This document shows positions 9,570 to 19,882 of a stretch of DNA of 64,000 nucleotides, piece after piece. Location of the stretch: contig AP024680.1 of assembly GCA_025999275.1 (NCBI GenBank), forward strand, positions 684,522 to 748,521, read 5' to 3'. Below the pieces are notes generated by a model, which was not told the DNA's origin, searched no databases, and saw only the letters and a list, made by a program, of their open reading frames with translations. The translations under genes were made by a program, and so were the position numbers. How positions within the stretch are numbered: position 1 is the stretch's first letter; each line of letters begins with the position of its first letter. Origin of the DNA: Patescibacteria group bacterium (GTDB taxonomy: Bacteria; Patescibacteriota; Microgenomatia; UBA8517).

Positions 9570-9766
9570 AAGCTTATTTCACCATCAATAAAATAATCAA
9601 ACACATTATAGGATGAATTATATCATATATTTCACTGGTGTCAAAAGCAATATTTATCAAAATATAATAAAACCACAGCTCATACTACCAAAAATAAATA
9701 CCTAATATATATCAAACTTTACATTTTCAAAAATAACATTTATAATCAAAATACCTCTGCATCAAA

Positions 9767-9813
9767 GTGTGGAGGGAGACAATTTGATTGTAGTCGAAAC
9801 CCTCTAAAAACAG
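9767..9813 (+). promoter_or_regulatory. Possible L1-binding leader of the rplK-rplA operon
   Basis: gtgtGGAGGG...ACCCTCTAAAAAcag pairing resembles L11-L1 leader elements; position upstream of rplK. Confidence 0.4.
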
Positions 9814-9840
9814 GCTTCTTCTGCAATCAAATCCAAAATT

Positions 9841-10266
9841 ATGGCAAAGAAAGTAAAGGTTGTAATCAAAGTGAATCTAAAAGGAGGAGAAGCAACTCCA
9901 GCTCCCCCATTGGGGCCGGCTTTAGGACAACATGGTGTTGCTATTATGGATTTCGTTAAGGCCTACAACGACAGGACTAAAGATATGAAAGGCCAAGTTG
10001 TCCCAGCTGTAATTACTATTTATGAGGACAGATCATTTGATTTTGAGATTAAAAAGGCTCCAGTTTCAGAAATGATTAAAAAAGAACTTGGTCTTGAGAA
10101 AGGCTCAGGTCAGGCATTAAGAGAAACAATTGGCACATTGACTAAAGAACAGCTTGAAAAAATTGCCAAAGAGAAAATAGATGATTTTAATACTGACGAT
10201 CTTGAAGCAGCCAAAAGAATTGTTGCTGGAACAGCAAGAAGCATGGGGGTTAAGGTAGAAGAATAA
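9841..10266 (+). CDS. rplK: 50S ribosomal protein uL11
   Basis: ATPAPPLGPALGQHGV, GTARSMG. Confidence 0.98.
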   Translation: MAKKVKVVIKVNLKGGEATPAPPLGPALGQHGVAIMDFVKAYNDRTKDMKGQVVPAVITIYEDRSFDFEIKKAPVSEMIKKELGLEKGSGQALRETIGTLTKEQLEKIAKEKIDDFNTDDLEAAKRIVAGTARSMGVKVEE

Positions 10267-10346
10267 AACAAATAGACTACCTTAATCTGATTGTAAAAGT
10301 CAAAAGTTTAGAATTTAGATATTAGAGTTTAGAATTTTTTAAAAAT

Positions 10347-11159
10347 ATGGGAAAAACAAAAACAGCATTTGTTACAGGAACTCTTGAAGAAAATCTATCA
10401 GGAGAAGAAAAATATAAATTAAGGCTTAAGAAAAAGGCAGAACAAGAAGCCAAACAAAAAGCCAAAATTGAAGGCGTGGGCCTAAAAGGAGGAGAAAGAA
10501 TAAAGGTTGTAGGTGGTGAAATTCCTCAAGAAGAACCCAAAGAAGAAAAAATTGTTGAAAAGAAAGTTCAAAGAAAAAGATCAAGGGGCAAAAAATACTT
10601 GGCTTCAAAACAAAAGATAGACAAAAATAAAGAATACGAAGTCAAAGAAGCAATTAAACTAGTCAAGGAGGTTTCTTACTCTTCTTTTGACGGCACGATG
10701 GAGGCTCACTTAACCGTCAAGAAACAAGGTCTTAATGTAAGCATTAGCCTTCCCCACTCAACCGGCAAAACCAAAAAAATTGAGATTGCAGATGAAAAAA
10801 CAATAGAAAAACTGCAAAAAGGAATTATTGATTTTGATATTCTTTTGGCAACCCCTGATATGATGAAAAATCTTCTTCCTTTTGCAAGATTGCTTGGGCC
10901 AAAAGGACTTCTTCCCAATCCCAAGAACGGCACTTTGATAAAAACAAAAGAAGACGCCAAAAAGTTCTCGGCAGATAAAATGCAGCTTAAAACTGAAAAA
11001 GATTTTCCTCTAATTCACACTATTTTTGGAAAAGTAAGCATGGACGACAAAAAACTGGCTGAAAATTTAGAAGCAATAATCGACGCTATTGGAAGAAAAC
11101 AAATTGTAAAACTATTTATCAAATCTACAATGAGTCCGTCTGTGAAAGTAAAAATTTAA
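10347..11159 (+). CDS. rplA: 50S ribosomal protein uL1 with charged N-terminal extension
   Basis: RGKKY, LPHSTGK, ARLLGPKGLLPNPKNGT, KSTMSPS. Confidence 0.95.
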   Translation: MGKTKTAFVTGTLEENLSGEEKYKLRLKKKAEQEAKQKAKIEGVGLKGGERIKVVGGEIPQEEPKEEKIVEKKVQRKRSRGKKYLASKQKIDKNKEYEVKEAIKLVKEVSYSSFDGTMEAHLTVKKQGLNVSISLPHSTGKTKKIEIADEKTIEKLQKGIIDFDILLATPDMMKNLLPFARLLGPKGLLPNPKNGTLIKTKEDAKKFSADKMQLKTEKDFPLIHTIFGKVSMDDKKLAENLEAIIDAIGRKQIVKLFIKSTMSPSVKVKI

Positions 11160-11265
11160 TCTCCAATCCATTCCACGCCGGGCTTGGAATAGCTTCGCAA
11201 GCCGGGTTTTATAAACTAAAACCCCTCTTGACTTAAGATTAAATAAAACATATAATCTTTTTGTT

Positions 11266-11358
11266 CCTAAGAAAGTGTGTTTTTAGGGCAACCTAAAGTA
11301 AATCGCACCGAGGAGCCAAAAAATTGTTTTTTTATAGGCGCCTTGGCGGCGCTTTTTT
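11266..11358 (+). promoter_or_regulatory. Probable L10 leader (rplJL autoregulatory RNA)
   Basis: cctAAGAaagtgtg...cgcacCGAGG resembles the L10-leader consensus; follows a TTGACT-17-TATAAT promoter (11228-11256) and ends in a GC hairpin plus T-run. Confidence 0.6.
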
Positions 11359-11370
11359 AGTTGGCAAACT

Positions 11371-11391
11371 GGACAAGGTCGGACCCTGTCC
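11371..11391. repeat. REP variant in the rplJ 5' UTR
   Basis: GGACAAGG-TCGGA-CCCTGTCC. Confidence 0.75.
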
Positions 11392-11399
11392 CAAAGGAT

Positions 11400-11918
11400 A
11401 TGAAAAGAACTGAAAAAACATTGTTTGTAGAAAACCTAAAAGAAGAGCTAAAAAGCTCAACTTCTGTGGTGCTGATTGACTTTCAAGGCCTTTCAGTAAA
11501 GCTCCAGCAGGATTTGAAAAAAAGACTCAAAGAAGTTGGCGCCAAGATGGTTGTTGTCAAAAACACCCTCTTTAAAATCGCTTCAAAAGGCGCCAATATG
11601 CCAGAGGAAATCACATCAGACACTGTCCTTTGCGGCCCAAGCGCTATTGTTATTACAGAAGGTGATCCAATCGCTCCACTTCAAGTTTTAGCCAAATTCG
11701 CAAGCGAATTTGAAATTCCTCAATTTAAAGTAGGAGTAGTTGAAGGAAAATTCCAAGATAAAGAAAATTTAATTGCTCTTTCAAAGCTTCCTTCCAAAAA
11801 TGTCCTTTTGGGTCAAGCACTTGGCAGCATCTCCTCCCCTCTTTATGGAATTGTTGCTACTTTACAAAACAACTTACAGAAATTGGTTTTTATATTAGAT
11901 CAAGCAAGTAAAAAATAA
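11400..11918 (+). CDS. rplJ: 50S ribosomal protein uL10
   Basis: VVKNTLFKIA, LSKLPSK; ATG 11400 after AAGG preferred, as the extension to 11361 is REP-derived. Confidence 0.95.
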   Translation: MKRTEKTLFVENLKEELKSSTSVVLIDFQGLSVKLQQDLKKRLKEVGAKMVVVKNTLFKIASKGANMPEEITSDTVLCGPSAIVITEGDPIAPLQVLAKFASEFEIPQFKVGVVEGKFQDKENLIALSKLPSKNVLLGQALGSISSPLYGIVATLQNNLQKLVFILDQASKK

Positions 11919-11935
11919 GAGAGGGGGTGTTAAAT

Positions 11936-12355
11936 ATGGCAGAAGAAAAACAATCAAAAACAGTTGAAGAATTAGTTGAAAAAATTGCAAGCCTTTCAGT
12001 TTTGGAGCTCTCAGAATTAACTAAAGCTTTGCAGGAAAAACTTGGTGTTTCTGCAATGCCTGTTGCCGCCGCTGCTGCTGCACCTGCTGCCGGAAGCGCT
12101 GATCAGGCACAAGCTGAAGGAAATTCTGATAGTGCAGGCGGCGCAAACCAAACTTTGGTTATGACCAATGCCGGTGCAAATAAGATTGCTGTTATCAAAG
12201 CTCTTCGCGAGATCAATCAGAATTTGACCCTAATGGACGCAAAAGGAATGACTGAAAATGTTCCTGCTGAGATCTTAAAAGATGCCAAAGCAGAGGATGT
12301 TAAGGCTGCAGCTGACAAACTAAAAGCAGCTGGTGCAACTGTTGAGATTAAATAA
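11936..12355 (+). CDS. rplL: 50S ribosomal protein bL12
   Basis: LSVLELSEL, Ala-rich hinge, NKIAVIKALRE, KLKAAGATVEIK. Confidence 0.97.
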   Translation: MAEEKQSKTVEELVEKIASLSVLELSELTKALQEKLGVSAMPVAAAAAAPAAGSADQAQAEGNSDSAGGANQTLVMTNAGANKIAVIKALREINQNLTLMDAKGMTENVPAEILKDAKAEDVKAAADKLKAAGATVEIK

Positions 12356-12381
12356 AAATAGCAATCTTGCTATCTTTTAAT

Positions 12382-12414
12382 AAAAGGGCTGAGTCTTTCA
12401 GCTCTTTTATTTTT
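12382..12414 (+). terminator. Intrinsic terminator after rplL
   Basis: AAAAGGGCTGA-gtctt-TCAGCTCTTTT followed by a T-rich tail. Confidence 0.75.
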
Positions 12415-12500
12415 GTAAAAAACCTATCATCTTAAGGAAGATTCACTAGCAAAAAGAATTGACAAGGATATCAACAAAATGTAATTATTAAATTGCACAC

Positions 12501-12530
12501 CACTATCAATACATCGATGTATTGATAGTG
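12501..12530. promoter_or_regulatory. Perfect 30-bp palindrome, candidate operator
   Basis: CACTATCAATACATC|GATGTATTGATAGTG, between TTGACA (12459) and the ATG at 12537. Confidence 0.7.
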
Positions 12531-12536
12531 GGAAAA

Positions 12537-12989
12537 ATGCCTAAATTATCATCAAAGAAAATAGATAGGCAGCTGGAAAAAGAAATACTAAACCAATTTT
12601 GGGTATCTATTGCCAAAATAAATACTGTTGACGGCGCTTCGCAATTCTTCTCAGATATACTCACTGAAACAGAAAAAAAGATGATTTCAAAAAGACTTGC
12701 TGCCGCTATTCTTCTTGCAAGAGAAAAGTCGGCAACAGATATCAAAAACTCATTAAACCTCACCTACTCAACCATAGGAACAATTGCAGCATGGGTAAAA
12801 AACGCCAAAAAAGAAACACGAAGAATACTCTTGCAATTCTCAAAAGAAAAAAACTGGGAGGCTATAGTTGATAAAATTGAGGAAATCCTCGATAAACTAC
12901 CGCCAAGATACGGCACTAACTGGTCACTGGTGGAAAAAGAAAGGTACCAAAGAAAAATCAAAAGAGCAAGAAAATCTCTCCTTCGCTAA
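12537..12989 (+). CDS. TrpR-like (YerC/YecD) HTH repressor family protein
   Basis: FFSDILTETEKKMISKRLAAAILL...SATDIKNSLNLTYSTIGTIA matches the TrpR-family LT..E..(R)L plus HTH pattern. Confidence 0.8.
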   Translation: MPKLSSKKIDRQLEKEILNQFWVSIAKINTVDGASQFFSDILTETEKKMISKRLAAAILLAREKSATDIKNSLNLTYSTIGTIAAWVKNAKKETRRILLQFSKEKNWEAIVDKIEEILDKLPPRYGTNWSLVEKERYQRKIKRARKSLLR

Positions 12990-13046
12990 AACCGCTAAGG
13001 CTATAAAAACCACCACAAAAACATCTCCAGAACAACCATCTCAATT

Positions 13047-13080
13047 ATTACTACTAATACATCGATGTATTAGTAGTAAT
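13047..13080. promoter_or_regulatory. Perfect 34-bp palindrome sharing its core with 12501-12530
   Basis: ATTACTACTAATACATC|GATGTATTAGTAGTAAT. Confidence 0.7.
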
Positions 13081-13224
13081 GTAGAGATAATCCCAAATAC
13101 AAGTCATTTTTACAATAGAAATAATGGAAATAAAATAGATAAATATAGAAATTTTAAATCATAAAATAACAACCAAGAGAATAAGCAGATCTTAATTCAA
13201 ACATAATGGTATAATACAAAAGCT

Positions 13225-13296
13225 CGGGGTGTAGGTCATCGGTAGACCGCTCGGTTCGGGTCCGAGAGGCACTGGGTTCAATTCCCAGCACCCCGA
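13225..13296 (+). tRNA. tRNA-Pro(CGG)
   Basis: CGGGGTG/CACCCCG acceptor; CTCGG-TTCGGGT-CCGAG anticodon arm; GGTTCAATTCC. Confidence 0.94.
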
Positions 13297-13389
13297 CATA
13301 AAAAATTACCAGGGTGTGAAGCTATCACACCCCCAGGGTGGGTAAAGAATTTTCCTTTTTATAAAAGCTATAATTAAGCTAATAAACCT

Positions 13390-14727
13390 ATGGACAATTT
13401 CCAACAACCAACACCACCATTTCAACCGAATGGCATGCCGCAGCTAACTACTCCCATTATCCCTGAACCAGCTAAGTCCAAACGCTGGCTATATATACTG
13501 GGCGGAGTTTTAATTGTCGGAGTAATAGCGACGGCGAGCATTATCTTCTTAAAAGAAAAATCTCCGCAATTGGAATTAGAATCGCCGAAAAAGGAAGTTC
13601 AGACTTCTAATCCCATGGATAAAACCGCTGAAGTCAACGCCGAATTCAGAGCGGTTTTTGCTGTTGTTGAGGGGTTGAAAATGAACATCTATTCATCTAA
13701 GGAAAATGGATCTGATAGAAAACTTATTTTGTCTCAAGATATTAGCGAACCAAATACACGAGCAAGGCCGTTTACTGTGGTAGATATAAAGGTTTCTCCA
13801 ACTAAAGATTTAATAGCTTACAAGTTTCCGCCCGCAGAAAACTATACAGTTTCCGGACCTGCTTCCGTTTTCTTGATTGACTCCCAAGGGCAAAATAGAA
13901 AGAAAATTCTTGATAAAGTAGAAACTTTTGGTTGGTCTCGTGATGGTAAAAAAAATCATCTACTCTACCGCAACTCCAAAATTTGATAATCCCAACGCTG
14001 GAGTATCTTTTTCCAGTCCTGGCGCGGAATGGCATATTTTTGATATAGCAAGTTCCAAAGACACAATCATTGCAAAACCAGAACAGCAAATTCCATTCTC
14101 TAGGTTCGTGGATCAATGAGAATAAGTTCATTTTTATCAGCATTAACATTTCCGGATCTGAGCTTGTGTTGTTTGACTCCACAACTCAAAAATCAGAGAA
14201 AATAAAACTCCCAGAAGGATATACTCAAGTTAGAGAAGTGAGCACAAACCCGTCCGGCAGTAAAACTGTTGTATCGCTCTTGCCAGAAGGTTACGGCATA
14301 AATTATTCTTGCGATTTTTATGAGATACAAATGAGCGGCAAGTTAGGCAATCACCTTATCGCTGACAAAAATTATTCTTGCGAGGGTGTCGCTTGGAATG
14401 GCGATAATGAATTTTATTACGGGAAAGGAACGGGACCGAAAGGCACTATTTCGACAAGCGAAACCAGCGAGTCGGGTTATTATGTACTTCTTTCCGTGTA
14501 TAAATATAATTTCAATACTGGAAAAAGATGTGCCAGTATTGAAAAGCGACGGAAAAGAAGTTTACAGATTCCAAGATGTACTTGAAAATCAGGGTTTTGT
14601 TGTGTCCAATGAGAGTAACAAGAGAGTCCCAAAATATATACTTGAGATGAGAAAACTGGACGGAAGCAGTCCACAGCAACTATTTACAAGCGATAAGGAA
14701 ATGTTGTTTATTGGTTGGAGTAAATAG
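13390..14727 (+). pseudogene. Membrane-anchored TolB-like beta-propeller protein split by three frameshifts (error or pseudogene)
   Basis: Fragments join into one protein (VSPTKDLIAY, WSRDGKKIIY, TNPSGSKTVV, VAWNGDNEFY) if one A is removed at about 13950, 14076 and 14524. Confidence 0.7.
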
Positions 14728-15032
14728 TGCGGCACGCCAACTTTGTTGGTACGAAATTCGGCGGCGGCGAAAGCGAGGGCGGGCAAAAATTCATTCCCCC
14801 AACCCCCTTTCTTTTTGCCCGCCCGCTATTTTTGGGCGGTGGATGGGTTGTGCGTTGCCTTTGGCGACGCACAAGTCAGTCAAGATTTTGTTCAAAAAAA
14901 GGTTCGTGCTTCGTTCAGTAATTGCGACCAATTTCTTACCAAAGAAAAGGAATTAAATTCCCAAGATCAGAAGTAATTAATCCTTTTTTTTTAACTTTCA
15001 CTTCGAATCACAAAATTTAAAAATTAATAATT

Positions 15033-15934
15033 TTACCCTCTTCTATATAGCCTCTCAAAATATTTTATTATCTCTCTTGCAGCATTAATCCCCGTTATAC
15101 TTCTCTAAACCTTCAAATTGAGGTGAAGGATTGACTTCAAGAATATAAAAACTTACCTGTACTCTTATTAATAATAATATCAACCCCAGCTATTTCAGTT
15201 CTTGTTACCTTTGCAGCCTTCTCAGCCAAATCCTTTATTTCAGGATATTTTTCCAAGTCAAAACTTTCCCCTTTTCCACCTTGGCTAATATTGCTCCTAA
15301 ACTCCCCTTCCCTTGTTGGCATTCTCTTCATTGCCCCTATTGCTTTATAACCAACGGTAAAAATCCTCAAGTCTCCATCATTAGGAATAAACTCACGAAT
15401 AATTTACAGATTTGGCTTGAGTTTTATGGATTTTATTTATAGCATTCTCAACATCAGAAAAATCGTTACACAAATAAACCCCCGTACCTTGTCTGCTGAT
15501 ACTTGTTTTGACTATCACAGGATACGAGAATTTATCAATCGCCATTTTTGCCCCTTTAATATTAAAAACAACAGCAGAATCAGGATAAGGCAAATTTGAT
15601 TCGGCCTGCCTCAAATAATCAATTGCCGGAGTTAGGTAATAATTATAATCAGAAGCTATAGACTTCTGGTTTACAATAACAGTTCCAAAATTTTTGGAAA
15701 GATAAAGGCACGCCGTATACCACTCCCAACGCCCTATTACTAACCACAAGATATATCAAGTCGTAATAAGAAAGCTTTCTACCATCAGCCAGATAAGCAT
15801 CAAAAAATCACTCCTACAATCAAGTATTAATCAGTCGCATAGCAACCATCAACCACATGGCCACGTTTTTCCCCTTCTTCTCTTAGCCTAACAACCTGAA
15901 TATTTTCAACAAGACCTGCTATTAATATTTTCAT
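15033..15934 (-). pseudogene. RimK-like ATP-grasp ligase, frameshifted
   Basis: Fragments YPVIVKTSISRQGTGV, IREFIPNDGDLRIF, EFRSNISQGG, AGVDII, LEVNPSPQFEG lie in different frames. Confidence 0.8.
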
Positions 15935-16811
15935 ATTACCTTGCATTTTACTATTGCGTTCTCAAGCCAAATTTTGCCTATATTTTTACCCGTTGCCTTC
16001 TCCATACCAACAAAACCTGCGGTGTGATTAACCTCCAAAATATAGCGACTACCATCTTCCCCTATCAATATGTCAACCCCACCAACAGACATGTCAACCG
16101 TCTTTAGAGCTCTTATGGCAAGATTTTTATCATCAGAAGAGATATCAAAAGCTTGACAGAACCACCCAAGGAAAAATTCGCCCTAAACTCACCCTTTTTT
16201 GGTATTCTTTCCATACAAAAGGACATTATTACCAATTACTAAACACCTAAGATCATGCCGATAATCAATAAATTCCTGCATTAAATAACTTTTTGCCTCT
16301 TTTCCCTCAATTTTTAACCTTTCTATAAAAGAAGACAAATCATCCTTAGAATTAATCTTAAACACGGAATATCCTTTTCCAGCTCTTGCTGTTTTAATTA
16401 CTAAAGGAAAACCAATCTTTTGTGACAATTCCTCGTACTTAGAGAAATCATAACTATAAAAAGTCCTAGGTATAGGTATACCAGCCAAGGCAAGTTTGAG
16501 AATGTCTGAAACCTTATCAATTGAGTACTTATGTTGTGCAAGATTGTTGTCAAACACCTTAATTCCGCGATTTCTAAGATTACCTATAATTGTAGCAATT
16601 GGTTTGATACTATTTAAAAATACCCCTAAAAATAACCAGATCAGCTTCTAGCCTTTCAAGACCTTGCAAATCAATATTTCCCTTATCTATAAAAAAAGTA
16701 AAATTATGCAAATCAATTAACTCAAAATCATGTCCCCAGAGAAAGAACCTCTTCTTTAATTCTCTTATTTTCCTCCAAAGAAGGAAGTGTTGTAATTAAG
16801 ATTATCTTCAT
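15931..16811 (-). pseudogene. RimK-like ATP-grasp ligase, frameshifted
   Basis: MKIILITTLPSLEENKRIKEE..., DKVSDILKLALAGIPIPRT, FPLVIKT, QEFIDYRHDLR, FRANFSLG, GVDIL, LEVNHTAGF across several frames. Confidence 0.8.
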
Positions 16812-16856
16812 ATCTTAAAATTTCTAACCAACTCCTTCTTCTCTTCAGCATCGATA

Positions 16857-18137
16857 TCAGAACGAACAAGTACACCCTTTTAAATCTTTTCTTCCTACTA
16901 TAACAGGAAATTGCAAAGAGATTCTCTTGGCAACAGTAGCTGAAGTTTCAATTCTTCTACCATTAAGCCAGAAGGTTAAATTTATTACTTTCCTCTTCTC
17001 CCTACCCAAAGAACTTTTTACCTCTTTAGTCCAAAGAATATTGCTATCAGACAACAAGCCAAGTTTTTCCGCCAATCTTTTATCTATAGAGGTTCGCCAT
17101 GCACCAGTATCCATTTTGGCCGGCACCTCAAACTTATTTCCACCAGCAGACTTTATCTTTATTCTTTCAAATACATTAACCATTCTTATTCCCCCATCCG
17201 TCTTAACTCTATCAGCAAAAGGGCTAGCAAATAAAGCTTTGGCTATTCTAATTCCATGCTCAGCGTCACGCACTTCTAAATCTTCAATCTTCATTAACCT
17301 TTTCTTTAACCCTTCTCCATTTGCCATTTGAATTGAAAGACCGGGCTGAGAGTTAATTTCCAAAACCACAGGCCCTCTTTCAGGATGTAAAACCACATCC
17401 ACCCCAACATACCCCAAAAAACAAGCTTCTTGGGCCTTAACTGCGGTTTGCAAAATCTTGTCCCACTGTGGAATCTTAATCCCATGAAGCTTCCTTTTAG
17501 TTCCCGGTTTAAATTTAATCAAGTCCCCATGCCAAATTGCACGAGTTGTTATACCTGTTGCAATATCAACACCCACACCAATTGCCCCCTGATGCAAATT
17601 TGCTCTGCCACCTGATTCTTTGGTAGGAAGCCTAAGCATAGCCATCACCGGAACCTTGTTAAAAACAATCACTCGAATATCAGGCGTACCACGATATGCA
17701 TATTTTCTAAAAGCCTTGTGCCTTCCCACATACTCCTCAATATAGGCAATGTCAGGCTCGTTTCCCATTGAATAAGCACCCTCTATAATATCCGTTGCGT
17801 GAAGTTTTAAGTCATCAATTGTCACCTTTTTCCTCTGAGTAGTAATCCAACCATCTCCGTCTTTTGATCTCTTTTTAACAACAATTATTCCCTCTCCCCC
17901 TAAACCCTGATTTGGCTTCAAAGCAAAACTTGAAGGCAGACTGTTCCAATCAAAATTCCAAATCTCATCAGTATTTTTAAACTTGGCATACACTTCAGGA
18001 ATTGGGACCCCAGCTTGCTTTAGATATCTTTTTGTTTTTAATTTTGAAGCGGCAATGCTTTTGCCCTTAGAGCTATTATAAACATAGGAAAACAATTTAT
18101 TTCTTGCATTTATACCCAATAAATCGGAAGTTTTCAT
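16857..18137 (-). CDS. Alpha-L-glutamate ligase-like ATP-grasp fused to a RimK-associated (RimB-like) aspartic protease domain
   Basis: LLGINARN, LKPNQGLGGEGI, PDIRVIVF..PVMAMLRLPT.ESGGRANLHQGA, LEINSQPGLSIQMAN; C-terminal KMDTGAWRTS and IVGRKDL; last codons probably frameshifted. Confidence 0.88.
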   Translation of the reverse strand: MKTSDLLGINARNKLFSYVYNSSKGKSIAASKLKTKRYLKQAGVPIPEVYAKFKNTDEIWNFDWNSLPSSFALKPNQGLGGEGIIVVKKRSKDGDGWITTQRKKVTIDDLKLHATDIIEGAYSMGNEPDIAYIEEYVGRHKAFRKYAYRGTPDIRVIVFNKVPVMAMLRLPTKESGGRANLHQGAIGVGVDIATGITTRAIWHGDLIKFKPGTKRKLHGIKIPQWDKILQTAVKAQEACFLGYVGVDVVLHPERGPVVLEINSQPGLSIQMANGEGLKKRLMKIEDLEVRDAEHGIRIAKALFASPFADRVKTDGGIRMVNVFERIKIKSAGGNKFEVPAKMDTGAWRTSIDKRLAEKLGLLSDSNILWTKEVKSSLGREKRKVINLTFWLNGRRIETSATVAKRISLQFPVIVGRKDLKGCTCSF

Positions 18138-18163
18138 AATTTTTGATAGTAAAAATTAATCTT

Positions 18164-19081
18164 TTATTTATCAATCAGTTTCCTAAAACGCCAGTACTCC
18201 ATTAGACGAAGACCTGTATATTTACCAACCAAAAAATCAGCAACAAAAACCAAAAGTAAAAATACTTCTGGATTCAAAAGTGCAAAATAACGAAGCGGCT
18301 CAAAAGTTAAAAGCAAATAAGAAAGAAGAGCCAAAATTAAGGTCTCAGTTGTTAAATCAATAGCTGTTCTAATACTTTTACCCGTTTGGATTCTTGAAAA
18401 ATCCTCAGCCAAAAGAACAAGTATAAGAACAGGAAAAATAGAAATATTAGCCAAATCAGGCTGTTTAATAACAGGTGCCAAGAAGATAACCCCCAAAACA
18501 CCTATTACTACAAACCACAAAACCATCGCCATCCTTGGCAAATACTGGAGTTTTATTTTAAGTTTACGGGTAATCATCCTAAAAGCTGTTGAGAAAACAA
18601 TCATTACAACAAAAATAACCACTCCCAAGACAGGACCCGTAGCTATTAAGGCAACAGATAAGGCGGCGGGCATAAAAATTCCAAACCCACGAAGGCCAAT
18701 TAGATGCCTTGAGGCGGAAATAAAAGCGGCAACAGCAGGAAGAAGAAGCAAAAGCACAATTGTGTTAGCAGGAACACCGGCTGAAACTGCGTTTCTGATA
18801 GCATATTTGATAAAATTAAAGGGCCAAACTGGACCAACTTTTTGAGCCGATAAAGCCTTCTCCAGTGGACCAACTGATTCTTCTGTTTTTTGAGTAATAT
18901 CAACCTTGGGTTGTGGAGTTGGAGTAACCTCAACAGTTGGGCTTGGTTCAAGGGTGGGTGAAGCAAAAGGAGTAGCCAGCTTTATCTTTTGTGTACCCTG
19001 CCCCAAAGAAACCTTAGGAACAAAGAAAGAAAACAATAAGAGTAAAAACAAAATGGACGCAAAAAATCTCCTAGCCTTCAT
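18164..19081 (-). CDS. 7TM domain protein (7TM_transglut-like) of the ATP-grasp operon
   Basis: LLLLPAVA...RHLIGLRGFGIFMPA, LQYLPR, SIFPVLIL, GKYTGLRLMEYWRF. Confidence 0.85.
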   Translation of the reverse strand: MKARRFFASILFLLLLFSFFVPKVSLGQGTQKIKLATPFASPTLEPSPTVEVTPTPQPKVDITQKTEESVGPLEKALSAQKVGPVWPFNFIKYAIRNAVSAGVPANTIVLLLLLPAVAAFISASRHLIGLRGFGIFMPAALSVALIATGPVLGVVIFVVMIVFSTAFRMITRKLKIKLQYLPRMAMVLWFVVIGVLGVIFLAPVIKQPDLANISIFPVLILVLLAEDFSRIQTGKSIRTAIDLTTETLILALLSYLLLTFEPLRYFALLNPEVFLLLVFVADFLVGKYTGLRLMEYWRFRKLIDK

Positions 19082-19129
19082 AATTGTTTGTATTATACCT
19101 CAAATCAAACAAATAATCATTTAGTTAGA

Positions 19130-19510
19130 TATGAATTATGAATATGGGTATGGGGTATGGGAAATATAATTCAAAATTCCTACCTAACGGCAGGCAGGCA
19201 AAGTTACCAGCCCTAGGCTGTTTGGTCTTGGGCCAAAAAATTAAAAGTTATAAAAATAATTTCTAAATTCTAATATCTAACTTCTAAACAAATTCTAGTT
19301 TTTCAATTTCACCAAATCACAAACAAACAATAATTTGTTTTTTTAAAGATAAATAATTAAATATTGCTTAGGATTTACAAATTAGGATTTAGGATTTCTA
19401 ATAAATATTTCATAAAAACCTTTGACTTTTGAATTTTAACCTTTGAATTATTTTTATTCATAATTCTTATAATTCTTAAATCTTAAATTATAAATCTTAA
19501 ATCTATATTC
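19130..19510. repeat. Composite AT-rich heptamer/inverted-repeat element
   Basis: ttctaaa-type versus ttaggat-type arrays; tail ttgacttttgaattttaa..ttgaattatttttattc shared with about 35648-35710 and 52351-52400. Confidence 0.6.
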
Positions 19511-19589
19511 CTTTTCATTACCACAAGTTTATTTGGGATCTAAAGATCAACGGTCGAAGGATAGTAAAACTCTGATTTCTATATAGCAG

Positions 19590-19674
19590 TGGGCAAGGAG
19601 GGATTCGAACCCTCACGATGCTTTCGCACCACAAGTTTTTGAGACTTGCCTGTCTACCGTTCCAGCACTTGCCC
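19590..19674 (-). tRNA. tRNA-Leu(CAA)
   Basis: Reverse complement GGGCAAG...CAAGT-CTCAAAA-ACTTG, long variable arm, GGTTCGAATCC, CTTGCCCA. Confidence 0.95.
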
Positions 19675-19882
19675 TCTTTGCAATATTTTATCACACTTTA
19701 CCTCGCAATTTAAAACAGCAGGAAAAACACTTAATTATTTATTAAGATAATCACCACAAAAGGAACAAAAACAGCCCAAAATTAATAATTAAAAAACAAA
19801 AGAATAAAGCAGAAACGTTTTTGACTACAGGAAACATTTAATTAATTGACAAAACAAAAAATAACCTTTATTCTAAAAACAA

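Noticed and set aside
15033-16811. Stop-codon reassignment explaining the broken RimK genes
   Set aside because: Breaks are frame changes; TGA ends normal genes such as secE and argS, and tRNA-Trp has a CCA anticodon
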